Shown: piece by piece, positions 20,344 to 30,680 of the stretch
How positions within the stretch are numbered: position 1 is the first letter of the stretch
How the letters are laid out: each line of letters starts with the position of its first letter
Source: Candidatus Latescibacterota bacterium
Lineage (GTDB): Bacteria; Latescibacterota; UBA2968; GCA-2709665
DNA: 64,000 nt
Assembly (NCBI GenBank): GCA_965205485.1
Contig: OZ242180.1
Location: forward strand, 3,616,001 to 3,680,000
Direction: 5' to 3'
Program-made: the position numbers and the translations under genes
The notes under the pieces: generated by a model
Databases searched by the model: none
What the model was told of the DNA's origin: nothing
What the model saw: only the letters and a program-made list of their open reading frames with translations

Positions 20344-21228
20344 TTATGGACTGGTACGGGTCAGCGTTTCGAACAGTTTTCGGGTTGCCATGGAGTGACT
20401 GCGGCCCTTGCGCTGAAGGACGCCAAGCGTGCGTATCAACGGCTTGCCGCGAAGCGGAAGCGCTCTCAGGGTATCTTTGAACCGGCCCTGTCGCAGCGCC
20501 GATGAAGGCACCAGGGAGATTCCGATATCCACCTCGACGGCGTGGATCAGGGTCGCGATATGGTCCAGTTCCATGACCGGTCGGAGGTTCACGCCGTGTT
20601 TCCTGAAGTACCGGTCGACCGCCGTCCTGGTAGGAAATTCAGGTGTGAACAGGATCAGCGGCTGTTCCGCCAGTTCACCCGGGCTGACGTTCGGCTGCAC
20701 GCTGAGCGGGTTGGATACGGAGCAGATCACCACCATCGGGTCTTCCGCAAACTGGACAGCGTCCACGTTTCGCTGAGAGCGGGGAAAGGCGACGACACCC
20801 AGGTCGATCTGGCCGCTTGCCACGTTGTCGTAGATATTGCTTGCCTGGGCATAAGACAATCGCAGATTTACTTTGGGATGGCCCTTGATGTACGTTTTCA
20901 GAAACGGGGCCAGTTCCATCATGCCCACGCTGTAGATGGCGGAGAGTCCTACGGTGCCTGAGATCTCTCCGCTCAAGGACTGCAAACGGTGCTGCATTTC
21001 ATCGAAGCGTCGGACGATCTCCCGTGCGTACCCGTAGAAGACTTCGCCTTCAGCGGTAAGGGAAAGCCGTCTCTTTTCCCGCTGCACCAGTTGCCGGCCC
21101 TGCCGTTTTTCGATGCTCTTGAGTTGCTGACTGACGGCCGACTGGCTGACGTCATTGAGCAGGGCAGTCTTGGAAAAGCTCTGGGTTTCTATGAGGTCGC
21201 AAAAGACCTTGAGGCTTTCTGTCAGCAC
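20344..21228 (-). CDS. LysR family transcriptional regulator
   Basis: N-terminal HTH SFSKTALLNDVSQSAVSQQLKSIE, followed by a substrate-binding domain. Confidence 0.9.
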   Translation of the reverse strand: MLTESLKVFCDLIETQSFSKTALLNDVSQSAVSQQLKSIEKRQGRQLVQREKRRLSLTAEGEVFYGYAREIVRRFDEMQHRLQSLSGEISGTVGLSAIYSVGMMELAPFLKTYIKGHPKVNLRLSYAQASNIYDNVASGQIDLGVVAFPRSQRNVDAVQFAEDPMVVICSVSNPLSVQPNVSPGELAEQPLILFTPEFPTRTAVDRYFRKHGVNLRPVMELDHIATLIHAVEVDIGISLVPSSALRQGRFKDTLRALPLRGKPLIRTLGVLQRKGRSHSMATRKLFETLTRTSP

Positions 21229-21634
21229 GAAATGGTTCCCGGTTCGGAATGGATGTTTCTTCCCGGACGTGACGGCGATTGCGATCGTACGTAGCGGCGT
21301 TCATAGCCGAAGGTTTACGGGCGCGCGAACACACGGTCATTCGGCATCGTCTATCGGCGGATCGCGACGGGAAAACTATAAGATACGCGAAAGCAAGTCA
21401 ACAGAAAATCTATATGACCGTGCAGTGATCGAGGCGGTGTAACGAGGGTTGAATCGGACACGATCCGCGCCGGAATGAAAACGCGGGTCCGGGTAGAGGA
21501 TCCGCCTAACTGCCTGCTATGTATTAATTTTCTTGTGTCAATCCGGCGATGGGGGTATATTTCGCGTTCCGCCTCAGCCGGTTCCGGCGTTGCGGCGAAG
21601 GGACCTCGCAAGAGATTTTGGAGGAAACCTGATT

Positions 21635-22510
21635 GTGAATTGGTTTGACCGATTGAAGTCCGGAATCCAGACGCTTGTCCGACGGACGATGCCCGATAAT
21701 CTGTGGATCAAGTGCGAACGATGCCATCAGACGCTCTACAGCAAGCAGGTACGGCAGGAGTTCGGGATCTGTCCCCACTGCGGCGCGCACTTCAGGATCG
21801 GGTATAAGGAATACCTGGACCATATCCTCGACGAAGGCTCTTTCAAGGAGATTGCCACTGAGGTAAAGTCCGCCGATCCGTTACAATTTGAAGATCGCAA
21901 GCGTTATGCCGATCGGATCCGGGAGGGTCGCAAGGCCACGGGCCTGGACGCGGCGGTCAGCGTGGGCATCGGGAAGATTGATGGCTGGCGCGTCGGCGTG
22001 GGGATTCACGAACCCGCGTTTATCATGGGTACGCTGTCGTCGGCGGAGGGCGAGCGGTTTTGCCGGCTGATCGATCGGTGCGTCACGGAGCGTCTGCCCC
22101 TCCTCCTGATCTGTCGATCGGGCGGCGCCAGGATGCAGGAAAGCGCGCTTTCGCTGATGCAACTCGCCAAGATCAATGCAAGGCTTGCGCGGTTTGCAGA
22201 CGAGGGTCTGCTGTTCATTTCAGTACTGACGGACCCGACGACTGCCGGCGTGTCCGCCAGTTATGCCCTGATCGGCGACATCAATATCGCGGAGCCCAAC
22301 GCGTTGATCGGTTTTACGGGCGAGCGGATTACCGGTAGTTCCGTGGGTGAGGACGAACTGGAGGCGCTCCGTCGCGCCCAGCGCGCCGAGAAGGTCCTTG
22401 AGCATGGATTCGTTGACATGATCGTGCCGCGCAACGAAATGCGGCAGACGCTGGCCAGGCTGTATTCGCTGTTGTTGAACTCGCGATCCGGCGCAAAGGT
22501 ACGGGTTTGA
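21635..22510 (+). CDS. accD: Acetyl-CoA carboxylase carboxyltransferase beta subunit
   Basis: PDNLWIKCERC...CPHC zinc finger, SGGARMQES, TDPTTAGVSAS. GTG start after GGAGG. Confidence 0.92.
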   Translation: MNWFDRLKSGIQTLVRRTMPDNLWIKCERCHQTLYSKQVRQEFGICPHCGAHFRIGYKEYLDHILDEGSFKEIATEVKSADPLQFEDRKRYADRIREGRKATGLDAAVSVGIGKIDGWRVGVGIHEPAFIMGTLSSAEGERFCRLIDRCVTERLPLLLICRSGGARMQESALSLMQLAKINARLARFADEGLLFISVLTDPTTAGVSASYALIGDINIAEPNALIGFTGERITGSSVGEDELEALRRAQRAEKVLEHGFVDMIVPRNEMRQTLARLYSLLLNSRSGAKVRV

Positions 22511-22566
22511 CACCATGTGACGCCTGACGTTCCGATCTCCGGCCGGCGAACTCATAAGAGGCTGAC

Positions 22567-23091
22567 GTGGGTGCGGGTCTGAACGTCTATGTGACGGTTT
22601 TTCTGTTTCGGAAAAACCGTGTTTTGTTACTTGAGCGTGGGTCCCGCAAACGGTTTGCGCCGGGCCGATGGACAGGAGTCGGGGGCCGGGCGGAACCCGG
22701 CGAGATGGGCGATCTGGAATCGGCGGCGCTCCGCGAGGTGAGCGAGGAAGCCGGCATCGAAGCGGAGGACATCGAGAATCTCAATATCCGCGTCGTTTTG
22801 TCCCGGATTGAAGACGGCGACCTCACCACCGTGGTATTCTTCTCGGGGCATACCGATCGCGAGTCCTTGCATCAATGTGACGAAGGGCGTCTGCAGTGGG
22901 TCGAGTTGGATCGTGTGGATGACCTGGACCTTGTCGAAAACGCCAGATATGCGTTGAATCTGGCCCTCCCGGCAGAGGAATCCGCGTCCCCCGGACTGTT
23001 TCTTGCCGTGGAAGACGCGGCGTGCGGCGGCGCCATCCGCGCGGTGAGGGTGAATCCTCCGGTATCCGGGAATTCGTCCGGAACACGGTAA
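22567..23091 (+). CDS. NUDIX hydrolase
   Basis: Nudix box GGRAEPGE...AALREVSEEAGI, plus CDEGRLQW. Confidence 0.85.
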   Translation: MGAGLNVYVTVFLFRKNRVLLLERGSRKRFAPGRWTGVGGRAEPGEMGDLESAALREVSEEAGIEAEDIENLNIRVVLSRIEDGDLTTVVFFSGHTDRESLHQCDEGRLQWVELDRVDDLDLVENARYALNLALPAEESASPGLFLAVEDAACGGAIRAVRVNPPVSGNSSGTR

Positions 23092-23096
23092 ACACA

Positions 23097-24170
23097 ATGA
23101 AATTCGTCATTCGGGCCGGCGGTTTCGGAACACGGCTGTGGCCCTACAGCCGGACGTCGAGGCCCAAGCAGTTCCACAGGATGGTGGGAGAACGCACCAT
23201 GCTGCAGGAGGCTGTCCACCGGATCCGGCCGCTGGTGGACGTGCGCAACCTCCACGTTTCAACGGGCAGCGACCTGGTCGCGCTGGTTCGTGAACAGCTC
23301 CCCGAAATGCCCGGTACCGGGTTGATCGTCGAGCCGGCGCTGCGCAATACCGGACCGGCCGTGGGACTGGAATGCGTACTTCTCGAAAGCAGGTACCCCG
23401 GCTGTACTGTGGCCAGCCTGGGCTCCGACCACCATATCGGCAAGCCCGGGGAGTTCTGCCGGCTGCTTCGCGTTGCGGAAGAAGCCGTGGAGGAGGATCC
23501 CGACGCCCTCTTTACGCTTGGGGTGAAACCCACCCGCGTGGAGACGGGGTACGGCTACATCCAGAAGGGGGGCGTTGCCAGGCGGGTAAACGGTGAGCCG
23601 GTCTACGGCGTCGCGCGGTTCAGGGAGAAACCCGATGAGCCGACTGCGAGGCGATACGTTGAAAGCGGCGACTTTCTCTGGAACAGCAACATGTTCGTCT
23701 GGAAGGCGCGTACGGTCCTGGCGCTGTTCGAGCAGTTTGAGCCGGAACTCCACCGAATCCTGATGCGCATTCAGGTAGCGGTGGGCACCGCGTCGGAACC
23801 GGATGTCATCGCGCGGGAGTATCCCCGGATGACGGAGGTGGCCATAGACAATGCCGTTATTGAACGAGCGCCACGGGTGGCCACCCTGGAGGCGGATATA
23901 GACTGGAGCGATATCGGCAGTTGGGGCGCGCTGACGGATATCCTTCCGGTGGACACCGAGGGCAATCTGGTCTCGGGCGACGTATTGAATCTGAATTCAC
24001 GGGATATCACGGCTTATGGCGTCGAGGGCAAGCTGATCGCCCTCGTGGACGTGGAGGGTCTGGTCGTTGTCGATACGCCCGACGCGCTGTTGATCTGCCG
24101 GCGCGACCGGGCGCAGCGCGTGAGAGACGTAGTCTCGGCATTGCGGGATGACCGCGCAGGGTATCTTTAG
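23097..24170 (+). CDS. Mannose-1-phosphate guanylyltransferase
   Basis: AGGFGTRLWPYSRTSRPKQF, EPALRNTGPA, ETGYGYI, FREKPD, WSDIGSW. Confidence 0.9.
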   Translation: MKFVIRAGGFGTRLWPYSRTSRPKQFHRMVGERTMLQEAVHRIRPLVDVRNLHVSTGSDLVALVREQLPEMPGTGLIVEPALRNTGPAVGLECVLLESRYPGCTVASLGSDHHIGKPGEFCRLLRVAEEAVEEDPDALFTLGVKPTRVETGYGYIQKGGVARRVNGEPVYGVARFREKPDEPTARRYVESGDFLWNSNMFVWKARTVLALFEQFEPELHRILMRIQVAVGTASEPDVIAREYPRMTEVAIDNAVIERAPRVATLEADIDWSDIGSWGALTDILPVDTEGNLVSGDVLNLNSRDITAYGVEGKLIALVDVEGLVVVDTPDALLICRRDRAQRVRDVVSALRDDRAGYL

Positions 24171-24291
24171 TCGGAACGGATTCTGAATCGACGGCGCCGT
24201 CTGCGCTGCGGACGGCCCTGCAGGCTCAGTTCCACGAATGGCGACCGTGCGCGACGACGCGGCGACTCGGATTGGCATTGGAGAAGTCGGC

Positions 24292-24732
24292 ATGAAAATA
24301 CTCGTGCTTCAGGGACCTAACCTGAATATGCTCGGGAAGCGGAAGGCGGATCACTATGGTCTCGTTACGCTGGACGAGATCCACGCCAGGCTCCGGGAAC
24401 GCGCGAGCGCGGTGGGCTGCGAGCTGGAATTCCTGCAGTCCAACCACGAGGGCGTTCTCGTCGACCGGGTCCACGAGGCGAGGGAGCGCGTCCAGGGTAT
24501 CATTCTCAATCCGGCGGGTCTGACGGGGTTCGGTTACTCGCTGCGGGATGCCGTTGAAGACAGCCGGCTGCCAACGGTGGAGGTGCATCTGTCGAATATC
24601 CATGCCAGAGAAGCGTTCCGGAGGCATTCCTGCTTTTCGGCGATCGTGGTCGGGCAGGTTGCCGGATTCAAGTGGCGCGGATATATCGCGGCGCTGGAGA
24701 TGCTCGTGGATATGCTCAGAGAAGAAGAATAA
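24292..24732 (+). CDS. aroQ: Type II 3-dehydroquinate dehydratase
   Basis: GPNLNMLGKR, QSNHEG, NPAGLT, EVHLSNIHAREAFR. Confidence 0.95.
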   Translation: MKILVLQGPNLNMLGKRKADHYGLVTLDEIHARLRERASAVGCELEFLQSNHEGVLVDRVHEARERVQGIILNPAGLTGFGYSLRDAVEDSRLPTVEVHLSNIHAREAFRRHSCFSAIVVGQVAGFKWRGYIAALEMLVDMLREEE

Positions 24733-24760
24733 AGCAGGACAGGTTGACTGGACAGCGAAA

Positions 24761-24796
24761 CGCCCCGGAGGGATCCCCGGGGCATCTTTGTGTTTC
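24761..24796. terminator. Hairpin between convergent genes, likely terminator
   Basis: GCCCCGG-AGGGATCC-CCGGGGC followed by ATCTTTGTGTTT. Confidence 0.5.
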
Positions 24797-24822
24797 CTGC
24801 TTCGTATTCCGGCCGCGCGCGG

Positions 24823-25515
24823 TCAGTTTCGCCTTGCCTTGATCATGTACCGCACGGCGTCGGCGACGATGCCGGCGGCGCCTTCGATACCGGTTTGCCG
24901 GGTATTGAGCGTCAGGTGATAGTTTTCGGTAGCGTTCCAGGCGATTCCGTAGTGCCGTTTGAGATAGCGTTTCCGGTACTCGTCCATCTTGCGGATGCGT
25001 TTCGTTGCGGCGTCTGATTCCAGATCCTCCCGCTCCATAACCACCTGGATCCGGTAATCGATGGGGGCAACCACGCGCAGATGGAGGGTGTCCGGCCGAT
25101 CTCTCAGCAGCACCTGCCCGCCCCGGCCCACCAGAATCACGTTGTCCCGTTCGGCCAGGCGCGCGACGACTTCACGCGTGATGTTGACAAAGGCTTCCTC
25201 GTCCGGAAGGGGCAGACCGGCATCGCTTCGCCCGGTCAGTTCGGGAACCGTCGCGGTCGCCCACCATTCGTACTCGGAAAGGCCGGTAATGGCTTCCGGA
25301 TGCCCCGGCGTGAGGAATTTTCGAATCACACGCATGGCGGGATGTTCAGGACGTTCGTCGAAACGTTCGGCTTCAGAGACCGGGACCTGGGCCTCATTGG
25401 CCACTTCTACCAGCAGGTCTTTGTTCATGCAAAGATAACCCAGCAGATCCGCCGCCTTTTGTGCGACCGATCGTCCGTCGCTGCCGTATTCTCTTGAAAC
25501 GGTAATCACACCCAT
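24823..25515 (-). CDS. Cytidylate kinase-like family protein
   Basis: VITVSREYGSDGR...VILVGRGG...YHLTLNT. Confidence 0.85.
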   Translation of the reverse strand: MGVITVSREYGSDGRSVAQKAADLLGYLCMNKDLLVEVANEAQVPVSEAERFDERPEHPAMRVIRKFLTPGHPEAITGLSEYEWWATATVPELTGRSDAGLPLPDEEAFVNITREVVARLAERDNVILVGRGGQVLLRDRPDTLHLRVVAPIDYRIQVVMEREDLESDAATKRIRKMDEYRKRYLKRHYGIAWNATENYHLTLNTRQTGIEGAAGIVADAVRYMIKARRN

Positions 25516-25719
25516 GGGGAGCCTCGCTGATGTGAGATGCCGCTTTCGGATTCAACGTTGCGCGGAAAGTCAGGGGATTCGAATATCGGCATAAGTTAGT
25601 GAGTATTTTTGATTTGTCAACAGGTTTAACAGTACGTTGATAAAGTCGCTCTGCGGGCAGGCAAGCATTTCGTGGAGAAACGAGATCCGGCGGTTAACGC
25701 CGGAAAAGAGGGACGGCCA

Positions 25720-27828
25720 ATGAAGAATCGGGTATGGATGTACAGGCACGACGAGATTCAAACCGGAAGACCGTTCGGAATTGACGTTGACGGATCGGAT
25801 TGGCTGTGGGAGGGTTGCGGGCGCAACCGATTGACAGGCCATAATTTACATACAGCGGAGACGGTCCGGATTCCGGTACCCGATATGGCGGGTCGAGCTG
25901 CGGTCCAGGTCATCGCCTGGGAGGACAAGCTGTTGCTCACCCTGGGGGACCTGCCGTACTACCTGGTATACGATCCGGAACGTCGGACAGGCGAAAGGCG
26001 GCAGATCCCCGCAGCCCGGCCCATCGTCTGGTACGGACTCAAGACGCCTTGCGGAAAGGTGCTGCTCTTCGAGCGATCGGAATCCAGGGTTCTGGTTCTG
26101 GATGGTCCGCTGGCGGAACCGCGTGTCGTGGATTGTCCGTTCGAAGGGCAACTGGCGGGCGGATGGTGTATTGAGGAGATGGTCTGGTCGCCATTGACCG
26201 ACCCGTCCAGAATTGTCAGGTTCGATCCCGGTGAGGAACGATTCGTGGACGAGCGCCCCGGTCCCTATCCGGAAGCCTCGTTATCCGGGCACCTCATGCA
26301 TCGCGGCCTGCTTTACACGTGGGATGTGTCAAGGGGCCGGATCCTGCCGCTGGAACCGGTCCGCGGCCGTTGGGAAAAACCGATCCCCGCGCCGGACCAC
26401 GGCAGTGTGTACGGATTCATGGGTGGAGGGTTCGGCTTCGGGGGACGTGCCTATATCTGTCTGAGTACCTATATGCATCCGAGCCGGCTCGATCCGAAAA
26501 CGGGCCGGATCGTGATCCCTGACGGGCCTCTGACGATTGACGGGGAGCCGCCCCGGTTTCTGGATCGTTTTCTGGTATTCGATCCGGATTCCGGAACCTT
26601 CGACTACCTCGCGGCGCCGGAACAACCGGACGGTGTCCCGCTTTTATGTTATCACTGGACGGACGGCGAACGGTTCGCCATTACCGGCACCACCATACCC
26701 TACGCGCATCCCGGGAAATTGGGAAGGGCATTCGGTTCCTGGATCGTGCTGCAGAGCGAACCGGCCGCGCAGGAACCGGGTTTCGGCAATCATGACACGG
26801 CGTTTGACCGGGGTGCGCATCTGAACCGGTACCGCCGCACGTACGGCGCGGAAAGGTCGCTCTATCTGCCGCATACGCCGTGGACGCCGCCCATCGTGAA
26901 TATGGAGGGTCCCGCGACGGATTATCCGCCCGGGATGGAGGCCGAACTGGTCCGCCGTGCCGCCAGGACCGATCGGTCGGAGTACCTCGAGAACCTTGTC
27001 CGGACCATTACGGCCGGGGTGTCGACGGACGCGGAGGCGGTCAAAGCGGTTGCGGGATACGTGAATCGGGCGCTGTACTACAATCCGGTCCAGATACCCG
27101 ATACCCGGGACCCGGTCGCCATACTCGAAGGACACGATGCACGGTGCGGGCAGGGCGTTACGGTCACCGTGGCGATTCTGGAAACGCTCGGTATTCCGGT
27201 GCGGACGGTCGGTCTCTCCCATCACGTGGTTGCGGAGGCCACGTACGACGGCGGCGACCATATCGTGGACGCGCTGTTTTTCGGCGCAAGCCAGCCGCAC
27301 AAGGCGGGGCGCGTGTTGTCCGTGACCGAACTGAAGGCGGATATCTATTTCGCCGATGGCTTCGCGCAGGAGTGTTTCGCGTACGATCCCGAATTGCTCG
27401 AGAGCGAAGACCGGTTCTGGATTCTGGGGTACGTATTCGGCATCTGGGGGTCCGAACCGTATTACTCGTACTATCTGGGGGCCGAAAAGGCGCATCCGCC
27501 GACGTTTCCGCTTTCTCTGCCGGCGCAGCGGATTGGCGGGCGAGAGGTCCGTTTGAACTGGGCGCGGTCGATAAAGATGGGCGGCGGCGGGATCGAGTAC
27601 GACGTGCGGGTTTTCACGGATCGGGCGTGTCGTGAGGAAGTGATGGCCGAAACGACCGGGGACACGTCAATTGTCTGGAGGGTGCCGGAGGCCAACAGAA
27701 TGTACTTTGTGGAAGTACGCGCCGTGGACGATCACCGGGAGCGGAATCCGGACACGTGGTATCCCGCATCGCGGTCCAACTTCGTGCTGGTTCCCGAAGA
27801 CCAGTACGGCTGGTACGGCGTCATGTAG
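25720..27828 (+). CDS. Multidomain protein: beta-propeller-like region, transglutaminase-like domain, FN3-like C-terminus
   Basis: ARCGQ...LGIPVR...HVVAEATY...IVD Cys-His-Asp pattern. C-terminal LNW...YDVRV...YFVEVRAVD. Confidence 0.55.
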   Translation: MKNRVWMYRHDEIQTGRPFGIDVDGSDWLWEGCGRNRLTGHNLHTAETVRIPVPDMAGRAAVQVIAWEDKLLLTLGDLPYYLVYDPERRTGERRQIPAARPIVWYGLKTPCGKVLLFERSESRVLVLDGPLAEPRVVDCPFEGQLAGGWCIEEMVWSPLTDPSRIVRFDPGEERFVDERPGPYPEASLSGHLMHRGLLYTWDVSRGRILPLEPVRGRWEKPIPAPDHGSVYGFMGGGFGFGGRAYICLSTYMHPSRLDPKTGRIVIPDGPLTIDGEPPRFLDRFLVFDPDSGTFDYLAAPEQPDGVPLLCYHWTDGERFAITGTTIPYAHPGKLGRAFGSWIVLQSEPAAQEPGFGNHDTAFDRGAHLNRYRRTYGAERSLYLPHTPWTPPIVNMEGPATDYPPGMEAELVRRAARTDRSEYLENLVRTITAGVSTDAEAVKAVAGYVNRALYYNPVQIPDTRDPVAILEGHDARCGQGVTVTVAILETLGIPVRTVGLSHHVVAEATYDGGDHIVDALFFGASQPHKAGRVLSVTELKADIYFADGFAQECFAYDPELLESEDRFWILGYVFGIWGSEPYYSYYLGAEKAHPPTFPLSLPAQRIGGREVRLNWARSIKMGGGGIEYDVRVFTDRACREEVMAETTGDTSIVWRVPEANRMYFVEVRAVDDHRERNPDTWYPASRSNFVLVPEDQYGWYGVM

Positions 27829-27866
27829 GGACGAAGCCGCCGATATTCCGACGAGAGACGGGGCGG

Positions 27867-29498
27867 CTATTTGTCGGAGGGACTGCTCCGGACCACCGGA
27901 ACGTGAATCAGCGTGGGCCGTTCCGATTCCAGGCCGTCCCGCAGCGCCGGCAGGATCTGGCCGGCGCGTTCAATTCGAGTACCCCTGGCGCCAAAGGCTT
28001 TCGCCATTCCCGCGTAGTCGATCGGACCCAGCTCGGAGGTGATCCCGCGGCCATAACGCGCCTCGTGTCCGGAAAGCGTGATGCCCCACGCTTCGTCGTC
28101 GGCCAGAAGGACCACGAAGGGCAGTCCCTGGCGGGCGGCGGCCTCAAGTTCGGCGACGGTAAAGGTGAGCGCGCCGTCGCCCGAAATGAGGATGACCCGC
28201 CGGTCCGGATACAGGAGGCGTGCGGCCATCGCGGCAGGAATGCCGTAGCCGACAACGCCGCTTGCGCCGCAGGTGAGCCAGTGGCCGGGATATCGGTCGC
28301 AGAGGACCTGGTGGGCCCACTGTCCGATGTTGCCGCCGTCGATGATGACAATGGTGTCGTTGGTAAGGACGGCCTGTACAGCGTGGATGATATCCAGCGC
28401 GTGCAGGCCGTTTCCCTTGCGAGAGGCCACGCACCTCCGGCGAAACGCGTCCCGGCGCCTGGTGGCTTCCTGGAGCCAGGCCGTCCCGGGCGCGATCTTC
28501 CGTGATTTCGCGACCTCCGTCAGCTGGCTGAGCGCGGACCCGGGATCGGCCGCCACGCGAATATGGGCGCCCGCGCCCTGATTGAGCTGGGAGGCATCCG
28601 CGTGGATGCGCACGATCGTCGCATCGGGATGTACGGCGGGCGGTTGAAGGTAACCGACCCGGTAGTCGCAGACCGCGCCGGCCAGCAGAACCAGGTCTGC
28701 ATCGGACAGGAGCCGGGGGCCGCCGCTTGCCGCGCCGACAACGCCCATAAAGGTCTCGATGGGCCGCGGGATGGCGCCCCGGTCCCAGATCGGCACCGCC
28801 ACGGGAACAGCCAGGGATCGGGTGAACTCCGCCAGCGCCTCGCCGCCGTCCGCATAGTGTGTCCCTCCGCCGGCAACCAGAAGGGGACGGTCCGACTGAG
28901 AGATCAGATCGGCGACACGGTCGATTTCTCCGGGATGTCCGGATGCGACGGTGGGCGCCGGATGGCCGGTGTCATGAACCCGTACGACGGCGTCGGCGCG
29001 GATTTCGGCGTCCAGGACGTCCTGGGGAACGGTCAGGTGTACGGGTCCCGGCCTGCCGGACATCGCGGCTTCAAAGGCCTCGTGCAGCATCTGCGGTATT
29101 CGCTCCGGATGGTGGATGGTTTCCGCGTATTTGCACAGGGGCGCCGCGATGGCAACCTGGTCCAGGTCCTGGAAGTGACCGAGCCCCGCGGTGCCGGAGG
29201 ATCCACTTCCGGTGATGAGCAGCATCGGCGCCCCGTCGAAATGGGCGTTGCAGACGCCGGTGAGCGCGTTTACGTGCGCCACGCCGCTGCTGACGGCGCA
29301 AACGCCGACGGTGCGGTTGAGGCGTCCGACGGCTTCCGCGATATACCCTGCGGCCTGTTCGTTTCGCACGTCCACAAGACGTATTCCCGCCCGGTCGCAG
29401 GCGTCGTCCAGGTCGTCCAGGCCATGCCCGCAGAGGGTTGCAACGAAGGCGACGCCCTTTTTCTGTAGTTCCGACACCAGCAGATCCGCGCCGTTCAT
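27867..29498 (-). CDS. Thiamine pyrophosphate-binding enzyme (acetolactate synthase-like family)
   Basis: VRNEQAAGYIAEA, SGRPGPVHL, GDGALTFTVAELE. Confidence 0.9.
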   Translation of the reverse strand: MNGADLLVSELQKKGVAFVATLCGHGLDDLDDACDRAGIRLVDVRNEQAAGYIAEAVGRLNRTVGVCAVSSGVAHVNALTGVCNAHFDGAPMLLITGSGSSGTAGLGHFQDLDQVAIAAPLCKYAETIHHPERIPQMLHEAFEAAMSGRPGPVHLTVPQDVLDAEIRADAVVRVHDTGHPAPTVASGHPGEIDRVADLISQSDRPLLVAGGGTHYADGGEALAEFTRSLAVPVAVPIWDRGAIPRPIETFMGVVGAASGGPRLLSDADLVLLAGAVCDYRVGYLQPPAVHPDATIVRIHADASQLNQGAGAHIRVAADPGSALSQLTEVAKSRKIAPGTAWLQEATRRRDAFRRRCVASRKGNGLHALDIIHAVQAVLTNDTIVIIDGGNIGQWAHQVLCDRYPGHWLTCGASGVVGYGIPAAMAARLLYPDRRVILISGDGALTFTVAELEAAARQGLPFVVLLADDEAWGITLSGHEARYGRGITSELGPIDYAGMAKAFGARGTRIERAGQILPALRDGLESERPTLIHVPVVRSSPSDK

Positions 29499-29605
29499 TC
29501 ACATTCCTCCCGTGGAACTTTCAAGGGGTTCTCACAGTCAAAGGTTAACAGGCTTTTCGGGCGCAGGAGTACGTCCGTCGCCGCTGCGGCGCGCCCGCAA
29601 ACCCG

Positions 29606-30343
29606 TCAGAGACGGTACAGGTCCAGCGAATCGATGGCGTCCGCGACGCGGGACGGAACGAGGTGACGGATTGACGCGCCATTTCGTCTGAGATCCCGGA
29701 CCTCGGTTGAAGACATCCGCGAATAGGCGCCGTCCAGCCGGATGAAACGGATTTTATCCGAGAATGCGGCGAATTCCGGGCTCTTCTCCAGCCTTCGCAT
29801 GGCTTCCCGGTCGATAGTGTCGCGGTTGGCGGCGACGACGTGGGCACTGTCGAAGAGTGCGGCAAGCTCGTCCTCGAGGTTGGAATAGTACCGGGGATCG
29901 AAGACTCTCAGAAGGGTGTCGTATCCGACGACAAAATATAAGTCTGTCGATTCGGGATAAAGGGGACGCAGTGCGCTGGCTTTGTCGACGAACCGGGCGT
30001 GGCTGCAGCCGGCCACCGAGATGTTGGGATACGGTTTCGCATAGTGTTCGAGCATGGCCAGACGCTGTGCCAGCGACGCCCCGTAGATGGGTTTGTCGAC
30101 ATTCGCGTGTGACAGCAGGAGCAGTTCCTCGCCGGCCCGGCACGATTCCGATGCCCGATTCAACATGGCTTCGTGGGCAACGGTCATCGGGTTGAATGAG
30201 GCATCCATCACAACCAGGCTGCCGCCCGGCCGGTTGAGACCGTTCGCCGCTCTCAGCAATAAGGCCGCACGCGGTGGACCACCGGGTTCGAGCGCTTCCA
30301 TGAAGCTTTGCAGTTCCTGCAGTTTCCGTGGATCGACCCGCAT
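29606..30343 (-). CDS. Nucleotidyltransferase of the NadD/NMNAT-like (cytidylyltransferase) superfamily
   Basis: SFNPMTVAH, ANVDK, GYDTLLRVFDPRYY, MSSTEVR. Confidence 0.75.
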   Translation of the reverse strand: MRVDPRKLQELQSFMEALEPGGPPRAALLLRAANGLNRPGGSLVVMDASFNPMTVAHEAMLNRASESCRAGEELLLLSHANVDKPIYGASLAQRLAMLEHYAKPYPNISVAGCSHARFVDKASALRPLYPESTDLYFVVGYDTLLRVFDPRYYSNLEDELAALFDSAHVVAANRDTIDREAMRRLEKSPEFAAFSDKIRFIRLDGAYSRMSSTEVRDLRRNGASIRHLVPSRVADAIDSLDLYRL

Positions 30344-30376
30344 CGGCAACCTGGCGAATGGTAGTTTGTGCCCGTT

Positions 30377-30540
30377 AGAAGTTGTCTTAAAATTACCGGT
30401 GGGTTCCCGAGCGCGAGCGAAAAAGTGGCGGTCAAGGCGGGAAAACTCGCCCATATTTGTCTATACGGGTGGGTTTGACCAACGCCGACCGGCGCTTTTG
30501 CAGCCGTGCGAAGACCGCTGGGAATTTTAAGACAGCTTCT
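30377..30540. mobile_element. MITE-like family A, 164 bp
   Basis: AGAAGTTGTCTTAAAATT...AATTTTAAGACAGCTTCT (17/18 inverted match). Near-identical to 6883-7046. Confidence 0.85.
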
Positions 30541-30603
30541 TAATTGGATATGGTAGGCCGGGGTCCGGAGTAAGTCAATCGAATTATCGGGTGGATTTTC
30601 CGC

Positions 30604-30631
30604 TTGACATCTGCCTTCTCAACCTTACCAT
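30604..30631 (+). promoter_or_regulatory. Candidate sigma70 promoter for the DapA-like operon
   Basis: TTGACA-16 nt-TACCAT, ending about 50 nt upstream of ATG 30681. Confidence 0.4.
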
Positions 30632-30680
30632 TAAATGGGGGTTTGGGTTGAACGTCCAATATCGAGCGAGAGGGAGATGA

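Noticed and set aside
30344..30454. N-terminal extension of the NadD-like ORF
   Set aside because: It is mostly translated MITE sequence. The real start is more likely ATG 30343.
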